A stretch of 42,109 nucleotides of DNA, taken from Saprolegnia diclina VS20 (taxonomy: Eukaryota). Shown here piece by piece: positions 1 through 13,004 of the stretch. A program made the position numbers and the translations under genes. Location of the stretch: NCBI RefSeq assembly GCF_000281045.1, contig NW_008246090.1, positions 649,311-691,419 on the forward strand, given 5' to 3'. How positions within the stretch are numbered: position 1 is the first letter of the stretch; every line of letters begins with the position of its first letter. A model generated the notes under the pieces. It searched no databases. It was not told where the DNA came from and worked only from the letters and a program-made list of their open reading frames with translations.

Positions 1-4
1 ACCA

Positions 5-3000
5 GTGGCGTATGTACAAGAGAGTTTCGCCTTCTCCGACGTGTGCAGCACGCAAGCGCCGCTGAGCCTTCAACTGGGGCGTCTGAGCACGCTCTTTGCG
101 ATCGCAATGCTTGACAATACTGTCGACGCCGCGCTGCTTTGCCGCCAAGGGCGCCGCGCCACCGACGTGACCAACTGTCTCGATGTGCTGGGTCGCGCAC
201 GTCGCGTGGCCAGAGACTTGGCGCCCGTCGCACTGCACCGGCCAACGTCTGTTGAGGCGACGTCAATGGGCTTTCTTCAGATCGTACAGCGCGATGACGA
301 GCTGACCATCGAGTCGCTGCCGCTCTTGCATGACTCGTTTGCATTCTTTGGCTGGGTTGCACTTTACGACTGGGCCATGAACGACCGCGAAGCGCTTCTT
401 CTCGAAGGGGACGTTCAAAGTTACCGCGTCTTATCAGCGAAAAACATCCGCGTGGCGACCCCGACGCCTGTCCCCCCGACAACGCTCGGATGGTACCTCT
501 TCCATTTGTCGGCGATCACGTCGTATACGCTCGGTCTCGTCGGCTGTCTGTGTTGTATGCTCGCTGCGGCCCACCGGTCCTTGGAGAGTCCGTGGTTTCA
601 TTTCCATGAGGTCGTTGGCGCCGTCTGGCTCACGCGCAACCTCAAGCTCTTGCGTGCACTCACGGCGGTGGCGTGCTTGGCGTCGGCGTCCATGGGCCCG
701 CTGCAGCTCAGCGCCAGCATTGCTCGCCTCGAGATCGCACCTCGCGCTCTCTTTACGTCGTGCGTCCTCGGTGGTGAAACGCTCTGGCTTGTCTACGTGC
801 TGCACGACGTCGTCTTACCGTATACGCAGACGGTCGTTTCCCGCGTCGCGCCATGGACCAATATGGCAGCGTATAGCATCATTGTCGCACGAGACGTCTT
901 GGCGCCGGTCCGTGTCTCGTCTGAGATTGCGCGGCAGTGCAGCGTCATTGACTTGGACGGTATGGTCTACTGCAACAGTGGCACTGTCCACGTGGGCAGC
1001 ACGGCACGATGTGTTGAAATCGGTCTCGTGCTTGCTGTCTCGGTACTACTAACGCTACTGCTTGCTGCCCGATCGACGCATTCCGCGCCGCTGGCAGCAG
1101 CGACACTTCCAAATGCCCTCTTGCCGCTCGCGTACGTTGCCGTTGCATCCCCGGACGCGGTGGCTGCGAGCATAAACTTGAATGCGCCGACGGCTGCTAT
1201 GTGCGGCATCTTCTCGTTTCGTGGGGCCGTGTTTGACATAAAGCTCTGGCGGCGGCTTCACGAGCCGACGACACTCCGAGCACACCGGCGTCGGACGTCG
1301 TTTGCGAGCTGTCGTATTGCACCGTTGTTGCTCGAGTTGCCCAAACTGTTAGTGCGACACGCCGAGTCTGTCGATCGAAGACAGCTCGTTGTTCAGCTCC
1401 TCAAATTGCTCAGCGGCCTTGCCTACGTGGTGATCTCCATAGCTAGCAACATTGCGTACGTCTCGGCGCTGAGCACGTCGATGGCCAACGACTTTAACTG
1501 GGCCACCTTCAACTCGTCGGGTCTCCACGCCTTTCTGGCCGACGGGNNNNNNNNNNNNNNNNNNNNNNNNNNNNNNNNNNNNNNNNNNNNNNNNNNNNNN
1601 NNNNNNNNNNNNNNNNNNNNNNNNNNNNNNNNNNNNNNNNNNNNNNNNNNNNNNNNNNNNNNNNNNNNNNNNNNNNNNNNNNNNNNNNNNNNNNNNNNNN
1701 NNNNNNNNNNNNNNNNNNNNNNNNNNNNNNNNNNNNNNNNNNNNNNNNNNNNNNNNNNNNNNNNNNNNNNNNNNNNNNNNNNNNNNNNNNNNNNNNNNNN
1801 NNNNNNNNNNNNNNNNNNNNNNNNNNNNNNNNNNNNNNNNNNNNNNNNNNNNNNNNNNNNNNNNNNNNNNNNNNNNNNNNNNNNNNNNNNNNNNNNNNNN
1901 NNNNNNNNNNNNNNNNNNNNNNNNNNNNNNNNNNNNNNNNNNNNNNNNNNNNNNNNNNNNNNNNNNNNNNNNNNNNNNNNNNNNNNNNNNNNNNNNNNNN
2001 NNNNNNNNNNNNNNNNNNNNNNNNNNNNNNNNNNNNNNNNNNNNNNNNNNNNNNNNNNNNNNNNNNNNNNNNNNNNNNNNNNNNNNNNNNNNNNNNNNNN
2101 NNNNNNNNNNNNNNNNNNNNNNNNNNNNNNNNNNNNNNNNNNNNNNNNNNNNNNNNNNNNNNNNNNNNNNNNNNNNNNNNNNNNNNNNNNNNNNNNNNNN
2201 NNNNNNNNNNNNNNNNNNNNNNNNNNNNNNNNNNNNNNNNNNNNNNNNNNNNNNNNNNNNNNNNNNNNNNNNNNNNNNNNNNNNNNNNNNNNNNNNNNNN
2301 NNNNNNNNNNNNNNNNNNNNNNNNNNNNNNNNNNNNNNNNNNNNNNNNNNNNNNNNNNNNNNNNNNNNNNNNNNNNNNNNNNNNNNNNNNNNNNNNNNNN
2401 NNNNNNNNNNNNNNNNNNNNNGACATGGTGTACATTGCGCCGCCACAATCGCTACTCGCTTGTCATGCAGCATTTTTAGACGCACTCTCGCATTTGACGC
2501 TCACCAATGTTGAAGCTCAAGATTCGTTTTTTCAATTGCCGCCCAAAACATACCTGGGTCCTGCCCCCGCATCGCTGCTCAGCAACACGTCCGTGGAGCT
2601 TGTCGGTGGGAATATCTTATGTGGCGATGACCAGCGGCCGTTCTCACCTTCGCTCGGTATGGCGATCCCATTTGGCTTTGATTCCGCCTGCTCGTGGTGG
2701 CTCATCGACTTCTTCACGCCTTCGACGACAGCAATAACGTTTGCGTTGCTCGGGTATAATGGCTGCCAACGACTTCCCATGTCATCTGCAGACGTTGCGT
2801 CCTGTTGCGCGAATGACATTTATGCAGAAGCGACGTGCACCGACATTTATGGCGCCATTCAGGCCTTTCTAGCGACATACGACGGCGCCTTTACGCGTGC
2901 CGTCGACATGGCCCTCGACGTTCGACGCGACGTCGACGCCCTGGATATTGAACTCATTCAACTTGCGCGCGCTCCACCGCTTAATACTACGCAGCTACTT

Positions 3001-4050
3001 CGTGCGCGTCTCTTGGACCCTACCCTCGAGGCCTCCTGGACCTTCTTTGGATGGGTCTATCTGTACGAGTGGGCCAGTGCGATGCGCGAGGTCGTGGCAT
3101 TTCACGGCGACAATGGCTCGCTTGTTTTGCTCTCATCTGTGAGTCCACCTGTATCGCTCTCGCTGTCGCCATCCGAGATTCCGCTCCAGCTCAGCTACGT
3201 CTGCGCCTCGATCGTTCGGTATGTCACGATGGTCTTGCTGCTTGCTGCCGTCATCGTTGTTGGCTACGTTACAGTCTTACGCGGCGCTGTCGAGCCATGG
3301 AACCTCTTTGAGATCAACCGCGTCGTCGGGCACACGTGGGTTGGACGGCTGTTGCTAGTCGTGCGCAGTGCAACGGCGCTCTGGCTGCTCAACACATCGC
3401 GACTGGAGCTTGCGCGCGTCGGTGTTGGCACCGTCTTGCACGCTCCTGCGTTAAGTGCGTTCAAAGTCATCTTGGCGTCGTCCGAGCTCACGTGGCTTGT
3501 CTATATTCTCAACAGCCTCGGGAGCGTCTACACCCAGCAGTACACGCGGTCGTACGCATATCTGAGCACGTCGACCACGTGGCTGAGCGCAATGCTTCTC
3601 GCGCTCTTGCTGCCGCAGTCGTATTCGGCGTCCATGGACCGGCAGTGTGTTTACATCAACATGGACGCTGCGCTCGACTGTACAAGCGCGATAGTCGCTG
3701 TGGGCAGTCTGCGACATTTGCTCTATGACGTGGCCGCCGCGCTGACGTGCGTCGTGGGCAGTGTGCTCGTGGAGCGCTGGCGGATACCAAAGCGTCCGCC
3801 GATGGCGATGACCTCTTTGCTGCTGGACTCGACGAGCTACTTTATGTTTGATTTTGCAGCTTGGACAAAGCCGAATAGAGAGTGCTACCTCGACCGGGCG
3901 TCCGCGTTCCTTGCGGGCCTGGTGTCGCTGCATGTCGACCAGACCATGTACGTCTTTGACGTCAAAAACTGGCGCCTCTTTACATACGACACGCCGCGAT
4001 ACGGCCTCGGTCGCTTAGACCGCGCGATTGCGCTGTATCGAATCTCCTAA
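5..4050 (+). CDS. Large multi-pass membrane protein of an oomycete-expanded family with an internally duplicated unit; 5' partial, interrupted by an assembly gap
   Basis: The ORFs on both sides of the N-gap carry homologous hydrophobic units: FFGWVALYDW..REALLLEGD..VVGAVWLTR..LRALTA..ETLWLVYVL..FDIKLWR versus FFGWVYLYEW..REVVAFHGD..VVGHTWVGR..VRSATA..ELTWLVYIL..FDVKNWR. Stop TAA at 4050. That both halves form one gene is inferred. Confidence 0.75.
1547..2421. other. Assembly gap (875 N)
   Basis: Run of n characters. Confidence 1.
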
Positions 4051-5337
4051 GTCTCGCCATTGTGTGCCAACGTCGCTAGTACTCCCATGAAAACGAGTCG
4101 TCCTTACGTGCTCAACACTGTCGAACCGTATCGGGTTTTAGAGCGGATGGCAACTAGCTAAGCTGTGATGTCGTGTGCTCGGTGACCTAGATACGTCTTC
4201 AAGAACTGCGGCAGTTTAATCTTCTTTGTCGTTCCTACGTTTGTCTCTATGCACAGGTGCGTAGACGAGGACGATGTTTGCTGACGAAGCTCGTACAGAA
4301 ACGGCCTCAACGATGTTGAAGATGGGGAAATACACTCAGTCCGCTCAATCGAGACTGTCGAGGCTTTGCACGCGACGTCACATCGACAAGAGCATCACGC
4401 ACGGCTCTGGAAACGCAGTGTGAGTGGCATATCATTAGCACCCACGATGACACGCTTCTCGGCCATTCCCAAGCGGTCTTGGTTGGGCGAGTCGTTCGAC
4501 GTTTCAATCTTTGCGCCGACGTCGAATCGCTCCCGAGTTGGCTCGGCTACAGCTCTCTCTACTAGACACAACGACCACGGCCTGCATGATACTTGGTGAC
4601 AGCTCACCGTGACGGTGCTAGGTTAGCGGACTGGATAGTTCCCAGTTATATCACTCGGACTCGATGGTGGAGTGTATCCTCTTGCACCGGGTCAGAGCCA
4701 ACCAACTGCATTGGCGCCAAAGACAAGCCTGCAGCGTTCGCGGATGCGCGCGGCGAGCATCAACTTGGACTGCGTCTCTCATCCGATCGAAGCCGCACCC
4801 GTGTTGCCGTGACGTGTCCGCAAGGCGACGCCACCTTGAAGACAGCGGAATTCAACTTTATGCAAGCAAGCGCAGTGTGAGTTCGCAGAGACCCGCCCTG
4901 TCGCGAACGCTCGGCGCCGCTGTACGGTACGAGGTCGCGTGCCACTTGAGTACGACGAGCAATGCCGTGACGTTCCGGCATCGCGCGGCGATGGCAGCTG
5001 CCGCGAACTATGTCGTCAAGCGATTGTTTGCCAAGTCGCTGTCGTCACCGTCATAGGCTGCAAGAACGTGGCGCCACGGCAAGACTGGGCAACTTGTGCG
5101 CATAAAAGTGGCATCTGCCACCATCTGGTGCGCAAAAAAGCACCGTGTCGCGCGTGATTTTAGCAGGTTGGCGACACCCCAGTCACGCGTGCACTGAACC
5201 TTTGCAAGGCAGCGTGGCGCAGGCCAATCGCCGCCATCCTGAATCAAACGCGTTTCTATGAACTACACAAAGGGCAAAGTGGGAAAGGCGGTACCAACGT
5301 TTTCTCGGCCTATTTCTCAACTTTCCACACACCAGCG

Positions 5338-7605
5338 ATGGCACATAACCAAGCGACGGAGCTTCTGCCACCGTTTGCCTGCGAGCCCAAGGCCCGAAAA
5401 CTGCAGCTCACGGTCGACGATCTCTGTGCACCCGAGCAGTGGACACCGCTCGACGATCGCCACATGTGCGGCGTCTGTGAGCGCGACTTTTCGGTCTATC
5501 TTCAAAAGCACCACTGCCGCAAGGTACATTTTCGATCGCGAGCAATGACAGGGTACCATACTTATGTATACTATAGTGCGGAGACGTGGTGTGCAATACA
5601 TGCACCGAATACAAGCCCGCCGTGTACCCCGGGCGCGACCAGCCCGTCGACGTCATGCTTTGCAAGCCGTGCATTCTCAAGCTCGATGGCTCGGCCGCGC
5701 CGTCCTGGAACGTACCCGTGCCCAACATGCCACAGCTCGAGTTCCCTTCGGACGTGACCAAGGCCAAGTACGACGACGACAGCGACGCCTGCCACGTATG
5801 CAAGCGCGAGTTTACTATGTTTCGGTGGAAGTACCATTGCCGATGGGTAAGCCATTATCTCATCACGCGAATGCTCATGTCGACGCCACTAGTGCGCCAA
5901 GGGCGTCTGCAACGAGTGCCGCCCAAGTAAGCCCGAGAAGAGCCTCGGCTTGCAAGAAGGCAAAGTCTGCCTTGCGTGCATCCTGGCCGAAACCAAGACG
6001 ACCGTCTTGTGGGACGACCGGTGGTATCCCCACGGCGACCTTGTGCACACGGCGGTCGACCACGCGCACGCACCGCCCGATGCCATGGACGCGCCGCTCG
6101 ACTTCAGCTGGGGCTTTCCGTGGCCCAAGCCGCCGGTCCTCGTGAACGAACGCGCGCGCCTCCAGAAGCTCCGGAGCCTCCACCTCCTCGACACACCGCC
6201 CGAAGACGCGTTCGACGCGGTCTGCGACTTTGCGAGCAACGGGCTTGGGTGCACCATGGCGGCGATCGGGCTTCTCGACGAGCACCGCGAGTGGTTCAAG
6301 GCTCAAGTCGGCCTTGCCGCGCGCGAAATTCCGCGCAACATTTCGTTCACAGCCCACGTGCTGCAGTCCAAGGAGCCCATGGTCGTGCTCGATACGCTCA
6401 AGGACAAGCGGTTTTATAAAAACCCAATGGTCACCAACGTCGCGGCCGTCCGGTTCTTTGCGGCCGCGCCGATCGTGACTGGCGACGGCATTCCTCTCGG
6501 CGCTGTCTTTGTACTCGACACGCGGCCGCGCGACGCGTTTGACGTGGCGACACTCGAGCGGCTTGCGAGCGTCGCCATGACCAACATCGAAGACCGCCAA
6601 GCCAAGGCGCATAGCGACCTCGACGACGACTTTGACGGCGTGCTGGCGTCGCCGCTGAGCCCGGTCCGCGCCTCCATGTCGATCAAACTCAGTCAGTTTA
6701 GCGAACACACGACGTCATCGCACAGCCACGGCAGTCACAGCTCGGGCGTCCAAGACCAACTCGCGCAGCTCACGATGCAAGACGAGCCCGTGCTCCTTAT
6801 TACAAGCGCCGAACTCCTTCGCCGCGACGACTGGGCCCCCGCGGCGGTGCGGTCGGCGTGCGAGCGCTGCCACCAGCCGTTTAGCATGCTGCGCCACCGC
6901 CACCACTGCCACACGGTACGCCTGACATGGACGAGCGACGAGGACTCATATTAGTTGTCTAGTGCGGTGAAGTATTTTGCTCGACGTGCCTCGTCGAAAA
7001 CATGGCCGAGCGGCCAGGCGGTATCGGCGTGCAAAAGGTCCACGTCTGCTCGACGTGCCTTAGCATCGCGACGGTGCTCGGCAACTTCAAGCACTCGCGC
7101 GCCATGCGCAAGGCAGTACTGGACACGCTTGGGAAGCCCGGGATCGAATGGCGCCCCAACAACATGAAGCGACCGGCGTCCAAGACGGGCGAATTTGCCA
7201 ACAAACTCGAGCTCATCAAGCGCCTCGAGGAGCGCGACGCCATGCCGCTGCGCAACCTGCTCAACCCGGACCAGTACGTTTCATTTTCAGGCGCCGCAAA
7301 ATGCAACGTGTGCGCGCGCAAACACTCTGTGTTTATCCCCAAGCACCACTGCTCCGTGGTACGTTCTCCCCGCTCGGGTTGTGCGGCGATACTTATGCGT
7401 ATTTCACTAGTGTGGTGACGTGGTTTGTGGCGCGTGTACTGTCAAGAAATTCCTCCAGCTGCCCAACCGTCAAGAATGGCCCCAAGTGACCGTCTGCGTG
7501 AGCTGCGAGCTGAGCCGTCTCACGACGGCCGACGCCGACGTTGCGTCCTCCGACATCTACTCGTTCCAGAGCAACAACTCCCGCCGCGTCGGTGCGCTTG
7601 TCTAA
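5338..7605 (+). CDS. FYVE-FYVE-GAF-FYVE-FYVE protein (array gene A), ~689 aa
   Basis: join(5338..5523,5577..5846,5893..6915,6963..7358,7411..7605). Four GT-AG introns (53,46,47,52 bp) restore QKHHCRK|CGDVVC, KYHCRW|CAKGVC, RHHCHT|CGEVFC and KHHCSV|CGDVVC. GAF motifs ERARLQKL..LLDTP..WFKAQVG..DKRFYKNPMV..RFFAAAP. Confidence 0.9.
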
Positions 7606-9030
7606 GGACCACCCCATCGGTGCCCCCACCGATATTTTGTTTACACGTCGATCGTTCAGACTTGCTATCAATAAATTTGTATTTAACATATCGGGCTACC
7701 CTCTTAGGGCTAATACGTGTCGGCGTGTGTCTCCGGACGCGGCCCGGGTCTTGATGCAGTGGACTGTCTAGGCCATGCGATGTAACGACGGCTGTGAAAC
7801 GCTGTGATCCTCGAGGCGTGTGGACGACAAAGAAGGGACGTGACCTCACAAGCGCAACGACTTCATCCTATTGCGCCGTAATATCTCCTTTCAACAAACA
7901 ACACTACGCTGGTGTGATTGCTCGATGAATCTAGATAGACGCTCGAGCGTTGCAAGTAGACTGCAAGCGTGGCTCTTCAAGATGCGTCGCACCCATGAAG
8001 TGATCCGGTTGTCTGTTATCCTAGCCCCGTTCGTCGCGAGCGAGGACGTGGACACCAGTGGATTGATTTCGAGCAATTCTCTACCAACAGCGACGACCAC
8101 GCAAGAAGAGACAAAAGCGGCCTGCAACGATGCAGCTCACCAGAGACCAAGGTGCGCGGTGCAGAGCGTGTCATTCGTATTTGTACAAACATGGATGCTA
8201 TCCATACGTGTACCGACCCAGGTCGCAGTATACTAGATTCCCTTCAACAACATTTTGCCACGCGACACCATAGTGGGGTTGGACCAAGCTCATGACACGC
8301 AGGTGGACCGGCCCTCCAAGTACAGTGTATCGGACAATGGTGTGTGCACCCGCCCATCTCATATCGCCCTGTCGTCGATGATGGGAGTCGACGCCGCCAA
8401 CTGTCGCTTCGCTGGATACCGGTACGAAACCATGCCTCCAACATGGACACCAACGCTCTCAAGGTCGTGGCAGCCGCTCGCGACATCCCGCCCCGTACCT
8501 GGTCTACAACCCGACTCTTTGCATCGAGTCAATTCTTGAGCACTGCGGTGTCGTCGTCGGGAGGATACCCTGGTCTGTGGCCAAGATGCGGTGCCGGTAA
8601 CGCATGGATCAATTTTGGCGTCTGGTGCGCCGCATACGTAACGGCGTTACGATCGTGGCACGACCCGACGGCAGACAGACAGGCACTTGGTCGTCGTAGC
8701 TGTCTGCAATAGCAATATTAATAGCAATGGCGTCCATGGCTCGCGGTCGACGACAGGCCAAAGACACGAGACCATGGCGGCGCCTCGCGACCACGAAAAA
8801 AGCAGCACAAATTCAAGTGTCGTATGTCCTTGGGAGATACGTGCGGTTGACGTTCGACACGTAGGTGGTCGTGGGACGTTTCCGTAATATGCCCAGTCCA
8901 CACTGGCACCGAGTTAGGTGATTGAGTTCCTTGACACGGTGCCCGAAGCAGTCTGAGTTCCGCGCACGCTCGCATCAGATGTACGGGCCAATCGTCTTTC
9001 GCGACAGGCGCACGCTTTCTATTGCGCGGT

Positions 9031-9037
9031 CCACTTT
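9031..9037 (+). promoter_or_regulatory. Initiator-like motif (YCAYTYY) upstream of gene B
   Basis: CCACTTT just upstream of ATG 9051; matches the oomycete Inr consensus. Short motif, could be chance. Confidence 0.35.
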
Positions 9038-9050
9038 GCCTTTTGGCGCA

Positions 9051-10288
9051 ATGCCCGCCGACGTCCTCTCGATCGACGCGCTCTGCCCGCAGACGCAGTG
9101 GATTCCGGTGTCGGAGCGCCCGCGCTGTGTGGGCTGCAACACGAGCTTTGCCTTCTTTCGCAAGCCCCACCACTGCCGCCTCGTAATCACATACTAGGCA
9201 TCGTCTTGTCGACTCACCAACCACCCTAGTGCGGCGAAGTTGTCTGCCGTGCGTGCACCGAGAAGCGCCCCGTGCGCCATCGCACGCTCAACAAGGTCTC
9301 GGACGTTTTGATCTGCACGGGGTGCCTTACTTCGCCACGAACGGCCCGCACCAAGGCCGACATCGGTCTCCGCGCCCAAATGTCGCCCATGCCGATGACC
9401 GATGCCCGCCCGTCACCACCGTCGTCGTCGCAGTGCCACGTCTGTGCGTGCACATTTACCTTTGCGCGCTGGAAACACAAATGCCGCTGGGTACGATGAC
9501 GCGCCGCTCGAAGGTTTGTGACCAACGATCGCTCTATGTAGTGCCAACACGACGTGTGCGGACACTGCCGCCCGAGCGCACCCAACAAACGACTCGGCGT
9601 CGACGGCAAGGTCTGCTTGCAGTGCCTCCTCGAGCGCACGCACCAGACCATGGCGGCGAGACAGCCGCCAGCGACCAACAGCAAGCGGTCCTCGGACAGT
9701 GCGTCGTCGCCACGCACCGACACGGCGAGCTCGTTTGGATCCGTCACGTCCCTGCCGTACCCACTCGACTATTCCTGGTCGCACCCGTGGCCCAAGCCGC
9801 CTCTCATTGCCCACGAGGCCCGGCGCCTCGAGACGCTGCGCTGCGCCGACATTCTGGACACGCCGGCCGACGATGTGTTCGAGCTTCTCTGTGATCTCGC
9901 GATCAAGGCGACGGGGTGCTCGATGGCCGCCGTCGCCTTTGTCGACGCCGATCGCGTCTGGTTCAAGGCGCGTATGGGGCTCGCGCAGTCGTCATTGCCG
10001 CGCGACGTGGCCTTTTGCGCGCATACGATTCGATCGACCGACCCGCTTGTGGTCGTGGACGCAGCGCTCGATCCTCGTTTTGAGAAGAACCCGCTCGTGA
10101 CGGGCCGCGCCCGCATTCGCTTTTACGCTGGCGCCCCGATCGTGGCACCGACGGGCCTCGTGCTCGGCACCGTCTTTGTGCTCGACTCAAAGCCGCGCGA
10201 GACGTTCGACCCGCGCTCGCTCCAAAAGCTCGCCAACATTGCCATGGCGCACATTAAACTTAACAAGAAAGGCTACCTGCTCTCGTAA
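9051..10288 (+). CDS. FYVE-FYVE-GAF protein (array gene B), ~379 aa
   Basis: join(9051..9182,9230..9490,9542..10288); alternative start 8979. KPHHCRL|CGEVVC, KHKCRW|CQHDVC. GAF with FCAHTI, DPRFEKNPLV, RFYAGAP. Confidence 0.9.
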
Positions 10289-11305
10289 GCCGCATCACCA
10301 CCCCTCCCGAGTACCGTCGGTAGTACTCACGCGCCACCTAAAATGGAATCTCTTCCTCTTTTCATCCTCCTCTTGGAGACAAAACCAACGAGGAAAGCAG
10401 CGAGCGATATCACGTACAAGCGAGGTGATTATGGTCGATGGATCGGTCGATGCTGTGGGTCCTCGATTTCCTGAGCTCCACAATTGCGTCTCTCGGTGGA
10501 CTGGCGACGCAAGCATTGGTCGATGCCATCGGCATTGAATACAGTGGGTGTTGCTGTGAGAAAGAGCTATGGATGGCCATGATGGATGGATGGCCTGCTC
10601 AAAAAAAGTTCGGTATTACTCCCGCTGTATGTATACCAGCAACTTCGCAAAGCTTTCTTCCGTGTCGACGAGCTGTGTCGAGGAGAAAAGGAGCGGTTCA
10701 CATCTGCCGCCCATTCACATCACACTATAGACTGCCGGCTGTTTTAAAACGCCCCATAGATCGCGTCGGATCATGTCGGCGGTGAGTGTGCTAATAATGT
10801 CCATAATAACTATATGACAATTGTCATTTTGGCCTTGCACGTGGCATCGTGCAAGAACTGGTGCAAGAGCGGGCTCGGCGATGGATTGCATCATCCGATG
10901 AGCGTGGCCACATTGAGACCAGATGTTGCTGACTGGCGAGATCGGGGCTCCAGATGTTGGTGAAAACGCCGCCAACAAGGCAGAAAGGCCAGTCGCAGCT
11001 GCCTCCCGCGTCGTGGCTTTGTAAAGATGAGCATATCAGGGCAATGCTCCGAGTGGCGTGGGCTGGCACAGCGTTGTTGCCGACCATGGTGGCCGTCGGT
11101 CGATACGGTGCATATGTCGCCGACGCGGGCGAGTCATGGGTCCGTCACCGTCAGCATCCACGTAGCACACCTGAAGGTACCTGCCGCGTTGGTCTGCAGT
11201 CACGCCTCCAGTCCACTGTCTTTGTGTTTGGTTTTCGAGCTCGTGCTGCTTTTATACCGAACCAGATTATTGCACACGGAGCCCCGTCAGTTGCTCATCC
11301 GCGGT

Positions 11306-12790
11306 ATGGCCGACGGCAGGATCGACGTCGTCGCGCCCGGCGACCTCGTACCGCACAACGAATGGGCGCCGACGCGCACGGCGACGCGTTGCGCGACCTG
11401 CACACGGTTGTTTTCCATCTTTCGCCGAAAACACCACTGCCACACGGTACGAATCTCATTCTGTTTTGCGTCCAACGTCATGCCGTGACGACAGTGCGGC
11501 GAAGTTGTCTGCAAGACTTGCATCATGGAGATGCCCGTGACGGGACAGAGCATCCTTGTCTACGTCTGCATGCGCTGCAGTCTCCGGCGTCGGCAGAGTG
11601 CGCCCAGCCCCGAGAGCGCGTACGACACAGCGGCACTCCTCGCCACTGCGTCGTCCAAGGCGCTTTTGCCGCGCGGTAGCATTGACACCATCCACGAAAC
11701 CACTGACTTTGACTCGAACCGAGACGGGAGCTTGTTTGCGTTCCAGCTAGCGATCGCGACGCCCGGCAACGACCAGTCCGCGACCGACCACAACACGTGG
11801 GTGCTGCAGCCGGGCGAGTTGGCGCCATACCTCGTGCCTATCCTCGGGCGCTTTCGCTGCGACCACTGCCGCCACTTGCTTGTATTTCGGCACCGCGTCA
11901 ACTGCCGCGCTGTACGTTCTTAGCGCCATCTATATTCCATGTTGATGCGAAGACTAGTGCGGGGACGTCGTCTGTCGGCGCTGTGTCATACCAACGATTG
12001 TACAAGAGTACGGACAACTCGACCGCACCGAGATCGCTATCTGCGCCACGTGCCATGAGATTCACAAAGCTCTCGGGTCGTACAAGGACTGCCACACACT
12101 CAAGCGAGCGCTGGGCCCGAGCGCCTACCCACCCGGCGTGCATGTTGGCACAATCGACGCAGGCACCACGTCTGCCTTTGCTCGCAAAGTGGCGCATTTT
12201 AAGGCCCTCGAAGAAGCCAAACTCGTGCCTGAAGACGTCATGATACGGCGTGACGCCGCGTGGTCACCGTCGGCGAGGCAAGCCAAGTGCCCGCGCTGCG
12301 ATCGGCCCGTGTCTTGGCGCAGTGCGGGCTGCTGCTGCATGGTAGGAGATTCCGCCACGTCACATTGCACTTGATTCTTATTGGGCTGCACGAATAGTGC
12401 GGGCGCGCCTTTTGCAACACTTGCGTATGGCACCGCTTTGCGCGGTCGCCCGGGCGGTACGAACTCGACCAAGTGGTTGTGTGCTCGTCGTGTCTCCTCA
12501 ATTTTGATCGAGAAAATCGCCTCCGTCGCGCATATCTCTTGGCCGACTGCGTGCACATTTACATGGCCGCGTGTGGCGCCGAGGCCGATGGTCTTGAGAC
12601 GCCCATGGAAACGACCGCCGCCGCCCGCAACTTGGGTGGCGCCGATCATAGTGGCGGAGAACCGACCACAGAGAGCGGCGATATGGACGAGGCGCGGCTC
12701 GAGGCGCTCCTCGTCCAGACCGTCGAGCGCAACCTGAAGCTCTCGCACTCGATCCGGTCCACCATGCATGGCTATGTAGAGAGCGCATGA
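11306..12790 (+). CDS. Triple FYVE-like zinc-finger protein without GAF (array gene C), ~444 aa
   Basis: join(11306..11446,11495..11911,11958..12341,12398..12790). RKHHCHT|CGEVVC, HRVNCRA|CGDVVC, GCCCM|CGRAFC; frames join cleanly. Confidence 0.85.
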
Positions 12791-13004
12791 TAATTGTTAA
12801 ACTAGTAGTATCAACCGAATCGATCCGACGGGTTGTGTACCGAGCGGGTTCGGGTAGATTCCACTTCGAGGAAGCGAGCACAGTGGGATAGGTGGCCGTT
12901 GAAGGCAACCTGCAAGGGGCTGTGCCACGATATGGGTGTTTTTTGCACGCGCGTCGTTTCTATCGTTGTCGCCAGACTCGTTGGCATTGTTGGCTGCATT
13001 TGGG

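Noticed and set aside
1349..2485. Long ORFs spanning the X run
   Set aside because: Artefacts of translating the N gap.
5875..6708. Long antisense ORFs over GAF exons (also 16976-17677, 20632-21465) and over other genes (13922-14986, 27250-28455, 36943-37836, 38328-39053)
   Set aside because: Shadow frames caused by GC3-rich codon usage of the real genes on the other strand; no motifs.
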